Shown piece by piece: positions 39,497 through 48,750 of a DNA stretch of 64,000 bases. Source of the DNA: a virus (lineage: Duplodnaviria; Caudoviricetes); the IMG/VR virus record IMGVR_UViG_3300021431_000075, positions 192,001 to 256,000 of that record; one strand, given 5' to 3'. Every line of letters starts with the position of its first letter. Position 1 is the stretch's first letter. The notes under the pieces were generated by a model that saw nothing but the letters and a program-made list of their open reading frames with translations, was not told where the DNA came from and made no database searches. Both the position numbers and the translations under genes were made by a program.

Positions 39497-40474
39497 TTAA
39501 AAGATTATAGAACGCTCTCTGTCAAGAATTTCCGCTGCCAGTTCGGCGCATATTCCGTGAGGATTACGGAAATCGACATCGCCGAGCATGCACTTGTCAA
39601 CAAGGTCCGCGACAACGTCCCCTGCCGTGTCCGGATATGTTCCGCAAGGCTCGATGTGAACCGTTCCGTCAGCACGGACAAGGACCGCAAGCTTAACGCC
39701 GTCCGCGTACCGGACAACCGCCAGGGAGAAGTCGGGAACGTTCCTGCAATGCGTGAACTCGAACATGCACGCGCCGCCGATGCCATCCAGAGGAACATGC
39801 ATCCTTAGCCATTCAATCGTGCACCTGCGGATTCTGCAAACCGCATGACAGTTCCTCGCAACCGTGACAAGCCTTCCGTACAGTTCCGCTATATCGCTAC
39901 CGATGCCGGCATTGACCGGTTCCGTCCCGCGCTCGACAGGCTTCATTTGGTCGCATTCCACAGCCATGAAAACTTTTTCATTCCGGCATAGCTCGACAAA
40001 CGACTCCTTGCCAGCATCATCTCCATCAAATTCGGAGAATATGACCGGTTCGTGCATGAACAACTGCAGATTGGTTCTCGTCGTGAGCGACGGGTCCATA
40101 TACGACTCACGGTTTCTCGTCTCGCGGGCGAACATCAGTCCGGTGCGCAGGTCCAGCTCGTGAATGCAGTCCATCAGCCTTATGTAACGCTCGTCGCTGT
40201 CCTTGTCCATGACACCATCTGCGCTTACAAAGAACAAGAAGTGGAACCTGCTGTCAGCATCCCCGGTGCCATGCTCGGCAGTATCAAACTCCTTGCACAT
40301 CAGGAAATGAACGCCATGCTTCCGGCATGTCTTCCTGACTATGGCGGCATCCCGAGACGAGACGCTGTTCATGTATATCGGTCTCCCGCTCCCGATCCGC
40401 CACTTCGACGCTATGATGTCATACTCTCTCATCCGCGTACAGAACCATCTTTTTCCTCTCGTTGTCCATGACAA
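39497..40474 (-). CDS. Unknown-family paralog 4 of 6
   Basis: TCRKHGV...DCIHELDLRTGLMF; the start is probably MREYD (~40432). Confidence 0.8.
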   Translation of the reverse strand: MSWTTRGKRWFCTRMREYDIIASKWRIGSGRPIYMNSVSSRDAAIVRKTCRKHGVHFLMCKEFDTAEHGTGDADSRFHFLFFVSADGVMDKDSDERYIRLMDCIHELDLRTGLMFARETRNRESYMDPSLTTRTNLQLFMHEPVIFSEFDGDDAGKESFVELCRNEKVFMAVECDQMKPVERGTEPVNAGIGSDIAELYGRLVTVARNCHAVCRIRRCTIEWLRMHVPLDGIGGACMFEFTHCRNVPDFSLAVVRYADGVKLAVLVRADGTVHIEPCGTYPDTAGDVVADLVDKCMLGDVDFRNPHGICAELAAEILDRERSIIF

Positions 40475-41351
40475 CCTTTGCTACCTGCTCCCTCTCCTCG
40501 TCACCGAACGGAATGACGGCAAGCTCTCCGGACATGTACCTCTCCACAAGCATCGTCACGAAGTCGAACATGTATATGCTGCATCCCCTGACATCGGCGC
40601 ATCCGTCTGAACGGACAACCGCGACAAGCATGCTGCCGTCCGCGTACTGGACAACCGCAAGCGAGAAGTCGTCCACGTCCGCGCATCCGCTGAACCCGAA
40701 CCTGAACGCCCTGACGACTCCCTCGGCAGGAACATACCTCCGCAGCCATCCGGGCTGGCACCTGAGGATTCTGCATTCCGCGCGGAATTTCCTCGCGACC
40801 TCGACAAGCCTTCCGTACAGCTCGCCGACGGCGCTGCCGAGATTGATGATCCTGTGCTTTTCCGGCTTGTCACCCGGCTTCATGGCATCGCACGTGACGA
40901 CAAGGTACCTTCTCGACGCGTCATAGAAGCCTTCCGCCTTCAGCGCGTCTTCGGTCATGACCGAACCGCCTGCAAGACAGCAGACGACCGGCTTGAGCGT
41001 GCATGTCTCCAGAAGGAACCCGCTCTGATATTCCGGCTCCTCGTACATGCTGCCGGTCAGATGCGAGACCTCGAACAGCAGCCCTGTGCGCAGGTCCAGC
41101 TCGTGGATGCAGTCCATCAGCCGGTCCGCCTGCTCGTTGCTATCCGTGCCCGGACCGGTCCTGACGAAAAACCTGAACCTGAACCTGTCCATTTCCGCAT
41201 TCCCGGTACCCTTGCTGCTGAATATGAAATCAACCCCGTGCTTCCGGCAGACCTTCACCACGGTATCCATCTCCGCTTCCGTGACGCTGTCCGCGTGGAT
41301 GTCCCGTCCTGCAAAGTCCGTCCGGGACGCTATGATGTCAAACATTCTCAT
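40419..41351 (-). CDS. Unknown-family paralog 5 of 6
   Basis: VCRKHGV...DCIHELDLRTGLLF. Confidence 0.8.
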   Translation of the reverse strand: MRMFDIIASRTDFAGRDIHADSVTEAEMDTVVKVCRKHGVDFIFSSKGTGNAEMDRFRFRFFVRTGPGTDSNEQADRLMDCIHELDLRTGLLFEVSHLTGSMYEEPEYQSGFLLETCTLKPVVCCLAGGSVMTEDALKAEGFYDASRRYLVVTCDAMKPGDKPEKHRIINLGSAVGELYGRLVEVARKFRAECRILRCQPGWLRRYVPAEGVVRAFRFGFSGCADVDDFSLAVVQYADGSMLVAVVRSDGCADVRGCSIYMFDFVTMLVERYMSGELAVIPFGDEEREQVAKVVMDNERKKMVLYADERV

Positions 41352-41367
41352 AACCGTACAATATTCA

Positions 41368-42249
41368 TCATGGTTTCTTTGTCCGCGGCTCCCTCAGCAG
41401 TCCGTCAACCGCGTGGGTGATGTACATCCGGATCAGGTACGTCAGCACGTTTTCACTGAAGTTCTTCGAATCGATGGAATATCCGAGACCGTCCCTGGTC
41501 ACAAGAAGGTACGTGAACTGTCCATCACTCTTCTGGACGACATACAGCGAGCAGTTGTCGCGGAGCGGAACCTTTCCGAACCTTATCCGGACCTTGCACG
41601 CTGACACGACATCCCCGGCATCCACGAATCCGCCGAGCTCCCCGGCGTCAACCCTCGCGCCGGACGCAACGGTGTCGTATCCGTTTGCGAAGAACCACCG
41701 GGACAGCCTCTCCAACACTCCGCCGGTTCCGGATGCAAGAATGTCATTGTCTGTTCTCGGAACCATCCAGTACTTGCTCTCGACATATATGTACAAATAT
41801 CTGCAGTTGAACGGACCGTTCATGAACTCTCTGACCGGATAGCGGATATAGTCCTTCAGCGTCCTGTATGACACGGTGAACGGCTCCACGTACCTGTTTC
41901 CGCCAGAAGCCTCCACGCACGGAAAGTTCAGCGGAGTCCTGTTGTCAAGCTCGTTGACAAGGTCTGTCAGCCGCTTGGACTCGTCATCCGAATCCGCAGG
42001 CGCATCCGCGGGCGCGTCCGGATCCAGGTTCAGGAAGAACACGTACGAGAACACTGTTCCGGATTCGTCGAGCCTGTTCAGGATGCAGTTCACGCCGTGC
42101 TTTCTGCAGCACCTGCCGACAAGGGCGTTGAACGGCTCGCTCGACGCGATTTCCCTGCCGATCCGCCTTGTCTCGAAAGCGGTCTCGCCGTTCCTCCACG
42201 ACGACGGGACAGACTCGTACTCTATTCGTGATGCGATAGCCATTAGCAA
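41368..42249 (-). CDS. Unknown-family paralog 6 of 6
   Basis: CCRKHGV...DLVNELDNRTPLNF. Confidence 0.8.
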   Translation of the reverse strand: MLMAIASRIEYESVPSSWRNGETAFETRRIGREIASSEPFNALVGRCCRKHGVNCILNRLDESGTVFSYVFFLNLDPDAPADAPADSDDESKRLTDLVNELDNRTPLNFPCVEASGGNRYVEPFTVSYRTLKDYIRYPVREFMNGPFNCRYLYIYVESKYWMVPRTDNDILASGTGGVLERLSRWFFANGYDTVASGARVDAGELGGFVDAGDVVSACKVRIRFGKVPLRDNCSLYVVQKSDGQFTYLLVTRDGLGYSIDSKNFSENVLTYLIRMYITHAVDGLLREPRTKKP

Positions 42250-42276
42250 AGTTTTCCGTTTATGCCTATAAGATAT

Positions 42277-43026
42277 TTATGCCGGCTGCTGCTGTTCTTC
42301 CTTGATTGACTTGAATATGCCATTCAATGCAGGATCGCTCATGTAGCTGTCATAGAAGTCGCCGTTCCTCGTGAAGAAATCACGGATATCCGTGATTGTC
42401 CGGCTATCATAATAATAGTCCGGTTCCATGTTGTCATAGACCGTTTCAGATATGCGCAGGACCTTCGCCGAGACGGCCGGCTTGCTTGCAAGGCTCATCG
42501 CGGCGTTTACCGCGGAACCGGTGAATACAACCACATGCTCGTCCGGTTTGGCAGCCGGCGCGAACGACACGGTGACAGGACCGTAATCTGCTCCCATACG
42601 GCATCGTACAGTACCCTTGTAGTCCAGCGTTGACCATGCTGTCGCGTTAACAATCGCTATCGCTGAATATATCTTTGACATGACAATCACCGCATTCGCG
42701 AATGCGTACTTGAAAACCGTCTCGAACACCGCGATGACTATGTTTCCGCAAACGCTTATGTCAACACAAAACTGCTCCAGCAGCGCAATAGCCTCATGGA
42801 TGGCGCACAACATGACCTTGTCGTCAGTGTCCGCGTTATCGGTTCCCTTATCAAGGTCGATAATGACACAGACTGCCGTGCATTTGCCGCGTTTCATTCC
42901 GCACGGAGTTTTCTCCAGTTCCCTGGCATTAGGAACATCGTCGCTCTTTTCAAATCGATCATACAAGACAGCCCTGACTCTTTTCTGGATGTCTGTCTCG
43001 TAATAATCCAACGGTATCGGTCTCAT
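42277..43026 (-). CDS. Class III nucleotide cyclase-like protein with degenerate active site
   Basis: VIIDL, CGN (for GD), RMGADYGPV, GSAVNAAMSL, LRISETVY follow the class III cyclase motif order. Confidence 0.7.
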   Translation of the reverse strand: MRPIPLDYYETDIQKRVRAVLYDRFEKSDDVPNARELEKTPCGMKRGKCTAVCVIIDLDKGTDNADTDDKVMLCAIHEAIALLEQFCVDISVCGNIVIAVFETVFKYAFANAVIVMSKIYSAIAIVNATAWSTLDYKGTVRCRMGADYGPVTVSFAPAAKPDEHVVVFTGSAVNAAMSLASKPAVSAKVLRISETVYDNMEPDYYYDSRTITDIRDFFTRNGDFYDSYMSDPALNGIFKSIKEEQQQPA

Positions 43027-43076
43027 ATCCGGTTGTCTTTAATAAAATAAATAGTTCAAAACAAGAAAGATTCTAA

Positions 43077-43862
43077 ATGAAAAAACTATGGGACTGGCTT
43101 CTCTCCCTGTTCAGGAAGAAGCCTGCTGAAAATACGGAACCCGAGAGTCCGCAGACGGCATCCGACAGCGGTAATGGCTGCAGTTCCGGCACGGTTGATG
43201 ACGTCGATGACAATGAACCGTGGCCTGCGTTCCCGGATGAACCGGACATTCAGGAAAACGGAGTCACAGAACCTGAAACAGAGCACCTGCACGAGCCTGA
43301 CATCGCGCCCGGCATCATCGTCACGGAAGAGTCCAAGGTCGAGGTGCATGACGCTCCGTCATCAGAGCCTGACGTGCTGCAGGCGTCCCCGAAGAGCATC
43401 ATGCTCTCTCCGCACTTCTCACTGCACGAGCTGACCAACAGCGCGACCGCCGTCAGATACGGAATCGACAACACGCCGAACGACACGCAGACCGCGAACC
43501 TCGTCCTGCTCTGCCAGAAGGTGCTTGAGCCTATAAGGGTCAAGTACGGAAAGCCTGTCGTGGTGAGTTCCGGGTTCAGGTGTCCGGCTCTCAACAGGAA
43601 GGTCGGCGGCGCGTCGACAAGCCAGCACGTATCCGGACAGGCGGCTGACATCCACAGCGTGTCTGACACGCTTGCGGACAACAAGAAGCTGTACGACCTG
43701 ATAGTCAGGAGCGGCATCGTGTTCGACCAGCTCATATACGAGTACGGAAACTCGGCAGGTCCGGACTGGATACACGTGTCGTTCAGCTCGAAGGGGAACC
43801 GCAGGCAGAAGCTCAGGGCGACCAAGTCCGGTTCCAAGACCGTATACACGGTCGTCAAGTAG
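43077..43862 (+). CDS. Peptidase M15 family Zn-metallopeptidase (endolysin-like) with acidic N-terminal extension
   Basis: LSPHFSLHEL, SSGFRC, SQH..GQAADI, WIHVS. Confidence 0.88.
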   Translation: MKKLWDWLLSLFRKKPAENTEPESPQTASDSGNGCSSGTVDDVDDNEPWPAFPDEPDIQENGVTEPETEHLHEPDIAPGIIVTEESKVEVHDAPSSEPDVLQASPKSIMLSPHFSLHELTNSATAVRYGIDNTPNDTQTANLVLLCQKVLEPIRVKYGKPVVVSSGFRCPALNRKVGGASTSQHVSGQAADIHSVSDTLADNKKLYDLIVRSGIVFDQLIYEYGNSAGPDWIHVSFSSKGNRRQKLRATKSGSKTVYTVVK

Positions 43863-43886
43863 CATCCATGCATATCCTGAATAAGC

Positions 43887-43925
43887 AAAAACACCACACG
43901 ATGTTCGACCGTGTGGTGTTTTTTT
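43887..43925. terminator. Bidirectional intrinsic terminator between convergent genes
   Basis: AAAAACACCACACG / CGTGTGGTGTTTTT stem. Confidence 0.8.
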
Positions 43926-43930
43926 CTTTG

Positions 43931-44752
43931 TCATTCAATCTCCTTTCCACAGAACGGACAGAACCTGAACTTCGTCTTGACTTTCCTTCCGCAGTACGGG
44001 CAGTACATCTTCGCAAGGTCCCTGGAGCCGACAGGCTTCCTCGACCTCGGGAGAATCCTCATCGTCTCGGTATGGAACGGAACCGAGAAGAAGTTCGCGT
44101 CCACTTGGTTCATCTGCTGCGACGACCAGTCTCCCTTGCCGACCTTTCCGGTCTCCATCGCCTGACTCCCGGCTAATGCCGAATTGTAGTACGCCGCGTT
44201 TTCCGCGGTTTCAGTGGGTTCCGCCGCGTCGCAGCAGCAGCTCGTGAACGACTGGCAGATCTTGGCGTCAAGCGTGATGTCTGAAGGATTGTAGTTCCCG
44301 GAATCGTTCTTGAGATAGATGGCGGAACCGTTTCCTCCTGTCCCGTGATAGAAGTCGAAGCCCTTTCCGCCGTCGAACGACTGGATGAACGCAGGTCTGT
44401 GCGAATAGTCCTTCCATTCCCTGAAGAACTCCACCTTGACCGTTCCGTTCTCTCGAATCGCATTGACCGCATCCTTGTCGCTTCCGTCAATCTCGTAGGT
44501 CGAGAACTTGAACTTCCTGCTGGTTCCGACATAGCGCTCCAGCCACACCCTCTCTCCGGGCCTCAGCACGATGAGTCCGCCGATGCTCTCGCCCTCTATG
44601 ACGACGTTCGCTCCGACAGTGCATGTTTCCGGATTGAAAAGCTGAATCTGGAACTGGTCGCCGTCCTGCATATAGACGGTCCTGTCTGTTCCGTACTCCT
44701 TAAGGAGACTCTTGTTGATGGCGATCTTCGCCATCGGTTTCTGATTGCTCAT
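43931..44752 (-). CDS. Hypothetical protein with C-terminal double Zn-ribbon
   Basis: VLRPGERVWLERY, ETGKVGKG, CPYCG...CPFCG. Confidence 0.8.
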   Translation of the reverse strand: MSNQKPMAKIAINKSLLKEYGTDRTVYMQDGDQFQIQLFNPETCTVGANVVIEGESIGGLIVLRPGERVWLERYVGTSRKFKFSTYEIDGSDKDAVNAIRENGTVKVEFFREWKDYSHRPAFIQSFDGGKGFDFYHGTGGNGSAIYLKNDSGNYNPSDITLDAKICQSFTSCCCDAAEPTETAENAAYYNSALAGSQAMETGKVGKGDWSSQQMNQVDANFFSVPFHTETMRILPRSRKPVGSRDLAKMYCPYCGRKVKTKFRFCPFCGKEIE

Positions 44753-44781
44753 TAGTCTAAAAATTGATTTTTATAAACTAC

Positions 44782-44852
44782 CCGGAACTGTCGTCGCATC
44801 TTCATAATCCAATGCTCATGGGACGTGATTGCTCGCGTCTCGACAGAACCGG
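44782..44852 (-). promoter_or_regulatory. Structured 5' leader upstream of the Zn-ribbon gene
   Basis: CCGG..CTGTCG / CGACAG..CCGG long-range stem enclosing ~45 nt. Confidence 0.5.
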
Positions 44853-44877
44853 ACATCGCATCTTGTCATTCAAACGG

Positions 44878-46770
44878 TCACTCCGCCATGAGTCCGATGA
44901 GGGAGTCCTTCGACAGATTTCCGAAGTCTATGTCAACCTCCCCGTCATAATCGGGACCCACAATCCTGAAGCCGGCAGCCTCAAGAAGCGGCACTGAATC
45001 CGCGTAGCACCCGCTCTCCAAGATAAGGGAGTCGAGCCTCTTACTTGTCCACCCGCCGTATCTGGAGACTGCGGAGTTTCCGTTGTTCGTATTTATCAAT
45101 GTGAAACTGTCTGCATTGACGATTCCCACTGAAATATCGCGGCAGTTCTCATGCTCGATCTCGACATCAAGCCTGATGCTGTTCGGATCGACCATGTAGT
45201 TGCTGTGCATATGCTCGATGTTCTCCTGACCGAATATCATGCGGAACTTCGACTTGCTGTTTCCGGAGTACTGGTTCACGGTGACGAAGCCGTTCGGACA
45301 TTCCTTCCTGACGAACAGCAGCTCTGTCGCCTCAGGTTCCGCGTTCGTCATGTCCCCGGAGAACACGACCTTATGATTGTCGTCATAGTAACTGCTGTTC
45401 CAGCCGATCTTCCGCCCGTTCTCGTCAAGGAAGGACAGGTCGTAGTCGTTAGTTCCCCACTCGTTGCGCCAGTAGCATCCGATGAAGTTGTTCTCCGTCA
45501 TCCTGTATCTGGTTCCGCACGGATAGTTCCCGATGAACGCCTTCTCCGATACGGGAAGCGGAACGGTGACATCCCTCGCGGTCCTGACAACGACCGGCAC
45601 GACGGCAGGTCTTGTAGTCTCGTCGCACTCCTCGTCCACGACAGTCTTCGTGCTGTGCCTCCTCAGTGTATCCACGATAGAGTCGGTAAGGACCTTGGAC
45701 AGCATGCCGATTCTATCCATGCTTGTCTGCGGACAGTAGTTCTCCCTGATGAATGTCTTCCTGTTCCTGATGGTGTACATCTGCATGGGAACCTGCCTCA
45801 TGCGCCTGTTGCACAGGTTCAGCAGGGAGACCTTCCTGTAAGCGGTCAGCTCGCCGATATGACTCTTGAGTTCGTCTTCCGTATGGTCGGTGTCGAACAC
45901 TGTCTGCCAGAAGCCCTTTGCAAGTGGCTTGTGGTTCCTGACTGCAAGCTTGCGTATCTTGTTGACAACCGGACCGTTCGAATGGTGGTTCTTCTTCAGC
46001 GCGCAGAACAGCATCTTGAAGCGGTAGAACAATGTAGATAGTCCGGCAACCTGCCCGTCGTCGAGAACAGACATGTCGAAAGTGTTCGTTCCATATGAAA
46101 TCTTCTTGAACGTCTCGTTGTTCTTGACAACCATGGTATCGCCTGTCGTCTTGAGCATGATCAGGCGGAACAGCGCCATCGGATTGCGCGGAAAGATTCC
46201 GAGCCTGTCGCAGATGTACACCTGCGCCTCGCGGTTCCTGATGGAATCAATGTCCAGACCGGTTCTGTAGTCCATGCAATAGGCAATGACATAGTCGGCA
46301 AGCGCGGTCATCGTGTTCTTGTTCAGCGCGATTCCGCTGACAAGCATCCCGACGCACTTGTCATATAGTTCCGACTCGGAAATCGGATTGATAGCCTTGA
46401 ACTGGGTCCAGTCCGGAACTTCCGAGAAGTCCATGTCGTTCGGCACGAAGCCGTTGCCCAGAGAGAAGTCCGTCCCGTATGTTGTCATGTAATGGACAAT
46501 CTGGTCTATGAGCAGCTCGTACCGGTTCTTGGACACGACATCCTCGACGGTCTTGTAGAAGGTAGCGTTCGGGTTCACCGCGACTTCCTTGACAAACTTG
46601 AGCACATGCTCGTTGCAGACATCCGGATGCACGACATAGCCTCTTGACATCGCGTATTCGTTAACGACTTCCGGATTGACCGCGCACGTGTCGTCCACGA
46701 TGCACACGTTGAACATCTTGATGAGCGGAGCGTAATCGACCGATTTGATTTTTCCCATTGTCTTGTCCAT
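44878..46770 (-). CDS. Large helical protein with C-terminal TerD-like domain
   Basis: Start reassigned to MDKTMG (46770). DYDLS...GWN...FSGDMTNA..A.E resembles TerD-like Ca-binding motifs. Confidence 0.75.
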   Translation of the reverse strand: MDKTMGKIKSVDYAPLIKMFNVCIVDDTCAVNPEVVNEYAMSRGYVVHPDVCNEHVLKFVKEVAVNPNATFYKTVEDVVSKNRYELLIDQIVHYMTTYGTDFSLGNGFVPNDMDFSEVPDWTQFKAINPISESELYDKCVGMLVSGIALNKNTMTALADYVIAYCMDYRTGLDIDSIRNREAQVYICDRLGIFPRNPMALFRLIMLKTTGDTMVVKNNETFKKISYGTNTFDMSVLDDGQVAGLSTLFYRFKMLFCALKKNHHSNGPVVNKIRKLAVRNHKPLAKGFWQTVFDTDHTEDELKSHIGELTAYRKVSLLNLCNRRMRQVPMQMYTIRNRKTFIRENYCPQTSMDRIGMLSKVLTDSIVDTLRRHSTKTVVDEECDETTRPAVVPVVVRTARDVTVPLPVSEKAFIGNYPCGTRYRMTENNFIGCYWRNEWGTNDYDLSFLDENGRKIGWNSSYYDDNHKVVFSGDMTNAEPEATELLFVRKECPNGFVTVNQYSGNSKSKFRMIFGQENIEHMHSNYMVDPNSIRLDVEIEHENCRDISVGIVNADSFTLINTNNGNSAVSRYGGWTSKRLDSLILESGCYADSVPLLEAAGFRIVGPDYDGEVDIDFGNLSKDSLIGLMAE

Positions 46771-46785
46771 TGCCTTATAGTTATT

Positions 46786-46858
46786 AAAAAAGGATGCGTC
46801 GGAGTGTAAAACAAAGCCTAACATTATTATAAAAAAGGAACACTCTATGACGCATCCG
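46786..46858 (-). promoter_or_regulatory. Leader hairpin plus U-tract (attenuator-like) between promoter and start codon
   Basis: GGATGCGTC..AGAGTGT / ACACTCC.GACGCATCC followed by T6, ~15 nt before the ATG; promoter TATATTTGCA at rc 46881-46890. Confidence 0.6.
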
Positions 46859-46960
46859 TGTAGAGAAGAAAAATTACAGGTGCAAATATATGGATTTATT
46901 TTCAACCGTGCAAACTTTTTCCTGAAAAAATAAAGAAATTAAACAAAATTTAGGAAAAGC

Positions 46961-46992
46961 AAAAGGCATCCTGCATTTTCGGATGCCTTTTT
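46961..46992. terminator. Intrinsic terminator
   Basis: AAAAGGCATCC / GGATGCCTTTT stem just after the 47002 stop. Confidence 0.8.
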
Positions 46993-47001
46993 CAAAGTCA
47001 A

Positions 47002-47631
47002 TCAGAGTCGATTAACCGAGATTATGAACCTGACCATGGTCTCTATATCTTCAAATACAACCTGACCGAGTTCGTCCTCGTAGTAAGAACCGTCCGGCGG
47101 ATTGTCGCTGTCAATGTCCATGAAAGGAACCCAGCAGTCATACTCGTCGTCATAGTAGAACGGAACCTTCTTCTTGACATGGCAGCCCTGGAATATTATC
47201 TCGTCATTGCCGTCGCCCCTGTGGTAAGCCCTGACGCCGTCCGTGCATAGAACGAACCCGAAGTCTCCATAACCGCGGTCCTCTCCGAGATACTCGGAAT
47301 CAACCGGCAACGCGAAGTTCCATCCTGCTCCGCGCTTCGTGCCATCGCCGTAATAGGTTGCAGAATAAGCCAGTTCGTCATAATTTGAAACGCCGATGAC
47401 GAAGCCGTCCTTGTTGATGCCTTCATAGCCTTCCGCATTGGTAAAGTGGACGCACCATTCGTCACGGACTATGGCTTTCGGCTCGAAGTAGTTGTATGCC
47501 TTGTATAGCGGGTTCAGGGAACCGTCATTGTCATATATGTCATCTGTCGGTTCCTGACTCAGATAATCGAACAGGTCACGGAGCAGCCGCTCCTGCTCAT
47601 GCAGACTCTTATACTCGTTCAATAAAATCAT
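47002..47631 (-). CDS. Hypothetical acidic protein, possible ADP-ribosyltransferase-like fold
   Basis: WCVHFT...I.KDGF motif; N-terminal LLNE. Confidence 0.65.
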   Translation of the reverse strand: MILLNEYKSLHEQERLLRDLFDYLSQEPTDDIYDNDGSLNPLYKAYNYFEPKAIVRDEWCVHFTNAEGYEGINKDGFVIGVSNYDELAYSATYYGDGTKRGAGWNFALPVDSEYLGEDRGYGDFGFVLCTDGVRAYHRGDGNDEIIFQGCHVKKKVPFYYDDEYDCWVPFMDIDSDNPPDGSYYEDELGQVVFEDIETMVRFIISVNRL

Positions 47632-47655
47632 ATCCGGATTGCCAGATTATTTCAC

Positions 47656-48132
47656 CTACCAGATCCACATGTTCCAAGGATCCTCGAAGCTTCCGCCGCC
47701 GTAGTTTCCGTACTCGTCGCGCATCTCCGACGAAGTGTTGTAGAAGTCGTCTGTGGTGTCTGACCTACCGCTCGCCTCTTCCATGTCCCAGCATCCCTCG
47801 CCGCGGTCGTAGAACACGGCAACGCGGACCTTTCCGTTCGAGAAAGCCTCCGCGCCGTACTGGTCGTATCCGTCACGCGTGAAGCCGAGAGCCTTCAGCG
47901 CAGCCTTGTAGTGGGTCTTGCCACTCTCCAGATCGCCGGGCCAGTTCCTTTCCGCGTAGTCATATACAGCATCCGAGACTTCCATGTACGTCCGGAGAAC
48001 CGGAGCATTGTCACTACTGCTCTCGTCGATGCGTCGCCTGCCCGTTCTTCCTGCAGGCTTCCTGCTCTCGTATATGTGCTTCTTTATTATTTTCCGCAGT
48101 TCCGCGTCTGACATTATCGAACTTCTTCTCAT
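47656..48132 (-). CDS. Hypothetical protein with IYES/IDES N-terminal motifs
   Basis: 158-aa ORF; ELRKIIKKHIYES. Confidence 0.7.
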   Translation of the reverse strand: MRRSSIMSDAELRKIIKKHIYESRKPAGRTGRRRIDESSSDNAPVLRTYMEVSDAVYDYAERNWPGDLESGKTHYKAALKALGFTRDGYDQYGAEAFSNGKVRVAVFYDRGEGCWDMEEASGRSDTTDDFYNTSSEMRDEYGNYGGGSFEDPWNMWIW

Positions 48133-48150
48133 CTATTATGCGTTTAAGGT

Positions 48151-48666
48151 TTATATTATTATTGATTCAGTGAGCGGTCCGTACTTCTTCCTGACCCAGT
48201 CCTTGAGCCTCATCCTGTACGTGTCCCCGTACTTGCTGTACACGTAGAAGCCGTTGCGGTAGAACAGCGACACGGCGCCGCGGTTCCTCTTTGCGACCGA
48301 GAGCGTGTCGCAGCCCTTGGACACCGCCTTGCGGATGAGCTTGGTGGCGAAGCCGAGACGCATGAAACTCTCCGAAGTCTCCAAGGAAACCAGTTTGTTC
48401 TTATCGACCGCTATGAAAGCGACGAACTCGCTGCCCTTCATGATAATCCATCCATATGTGTTCTTTCCGATGCGGACCGACTTCAACGCCTTGCAGTGAC
48501 TTCCGTACTGCTTCTGGGTTTCTTCCGTGAGGTCGAGCCACTTCACCCTGTCCCTCGACTCGTTCAGCGTTGACGCCGGATGCTCGGAGCGGAGCCTGCG
48601 TTTCACATATGTGGAAAGGGTCCTCATCACGGACTCGTAAAGCATCACCTTCTCTTTCTTGTTCAT
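48151..48666 (-). CDS. GNAT-family acetyltransferase with N-terminal LYESVM motif
   Basis: FMRLGFATKLI (motif A) and NRGAVSLFYRNGF. Confidence 0.75.
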   Translation of the reverse strand: MNKKEKVMLYESVMRTLSTYVKRRLRSEHPASTLNESRDRVKWLDLTEETQKQYGSHCKALKSVRIGKNTYGWIIMKGSEFVAFIAVDKNKLVSLETSESFMRLGFATKLIRKAVSKGCDTLSVAKRNRGAVSLFYRNGFYVYSKYGDTYRMRLKDWVRKKYGPLTESIII

Positions 48667-48750
48667 CTCTGGTGAAATTTCATTTCCTTATTTATTTTCA
48701 GAAAACGATGATTGACAAATAAATATAGAAGAAAACTGGCGAAGCAGAAG

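Noticed and set aside
17243-42271. Numerous + strand ORFs of 60-300 aa antisense to the minus-strand genes (also 45151..46041, 58827..59855, 61104..62186)
   Set aside because: These are shadow ORFs arising from codon bias; they have no recognisable motifs and fully overlap well-supported genes.
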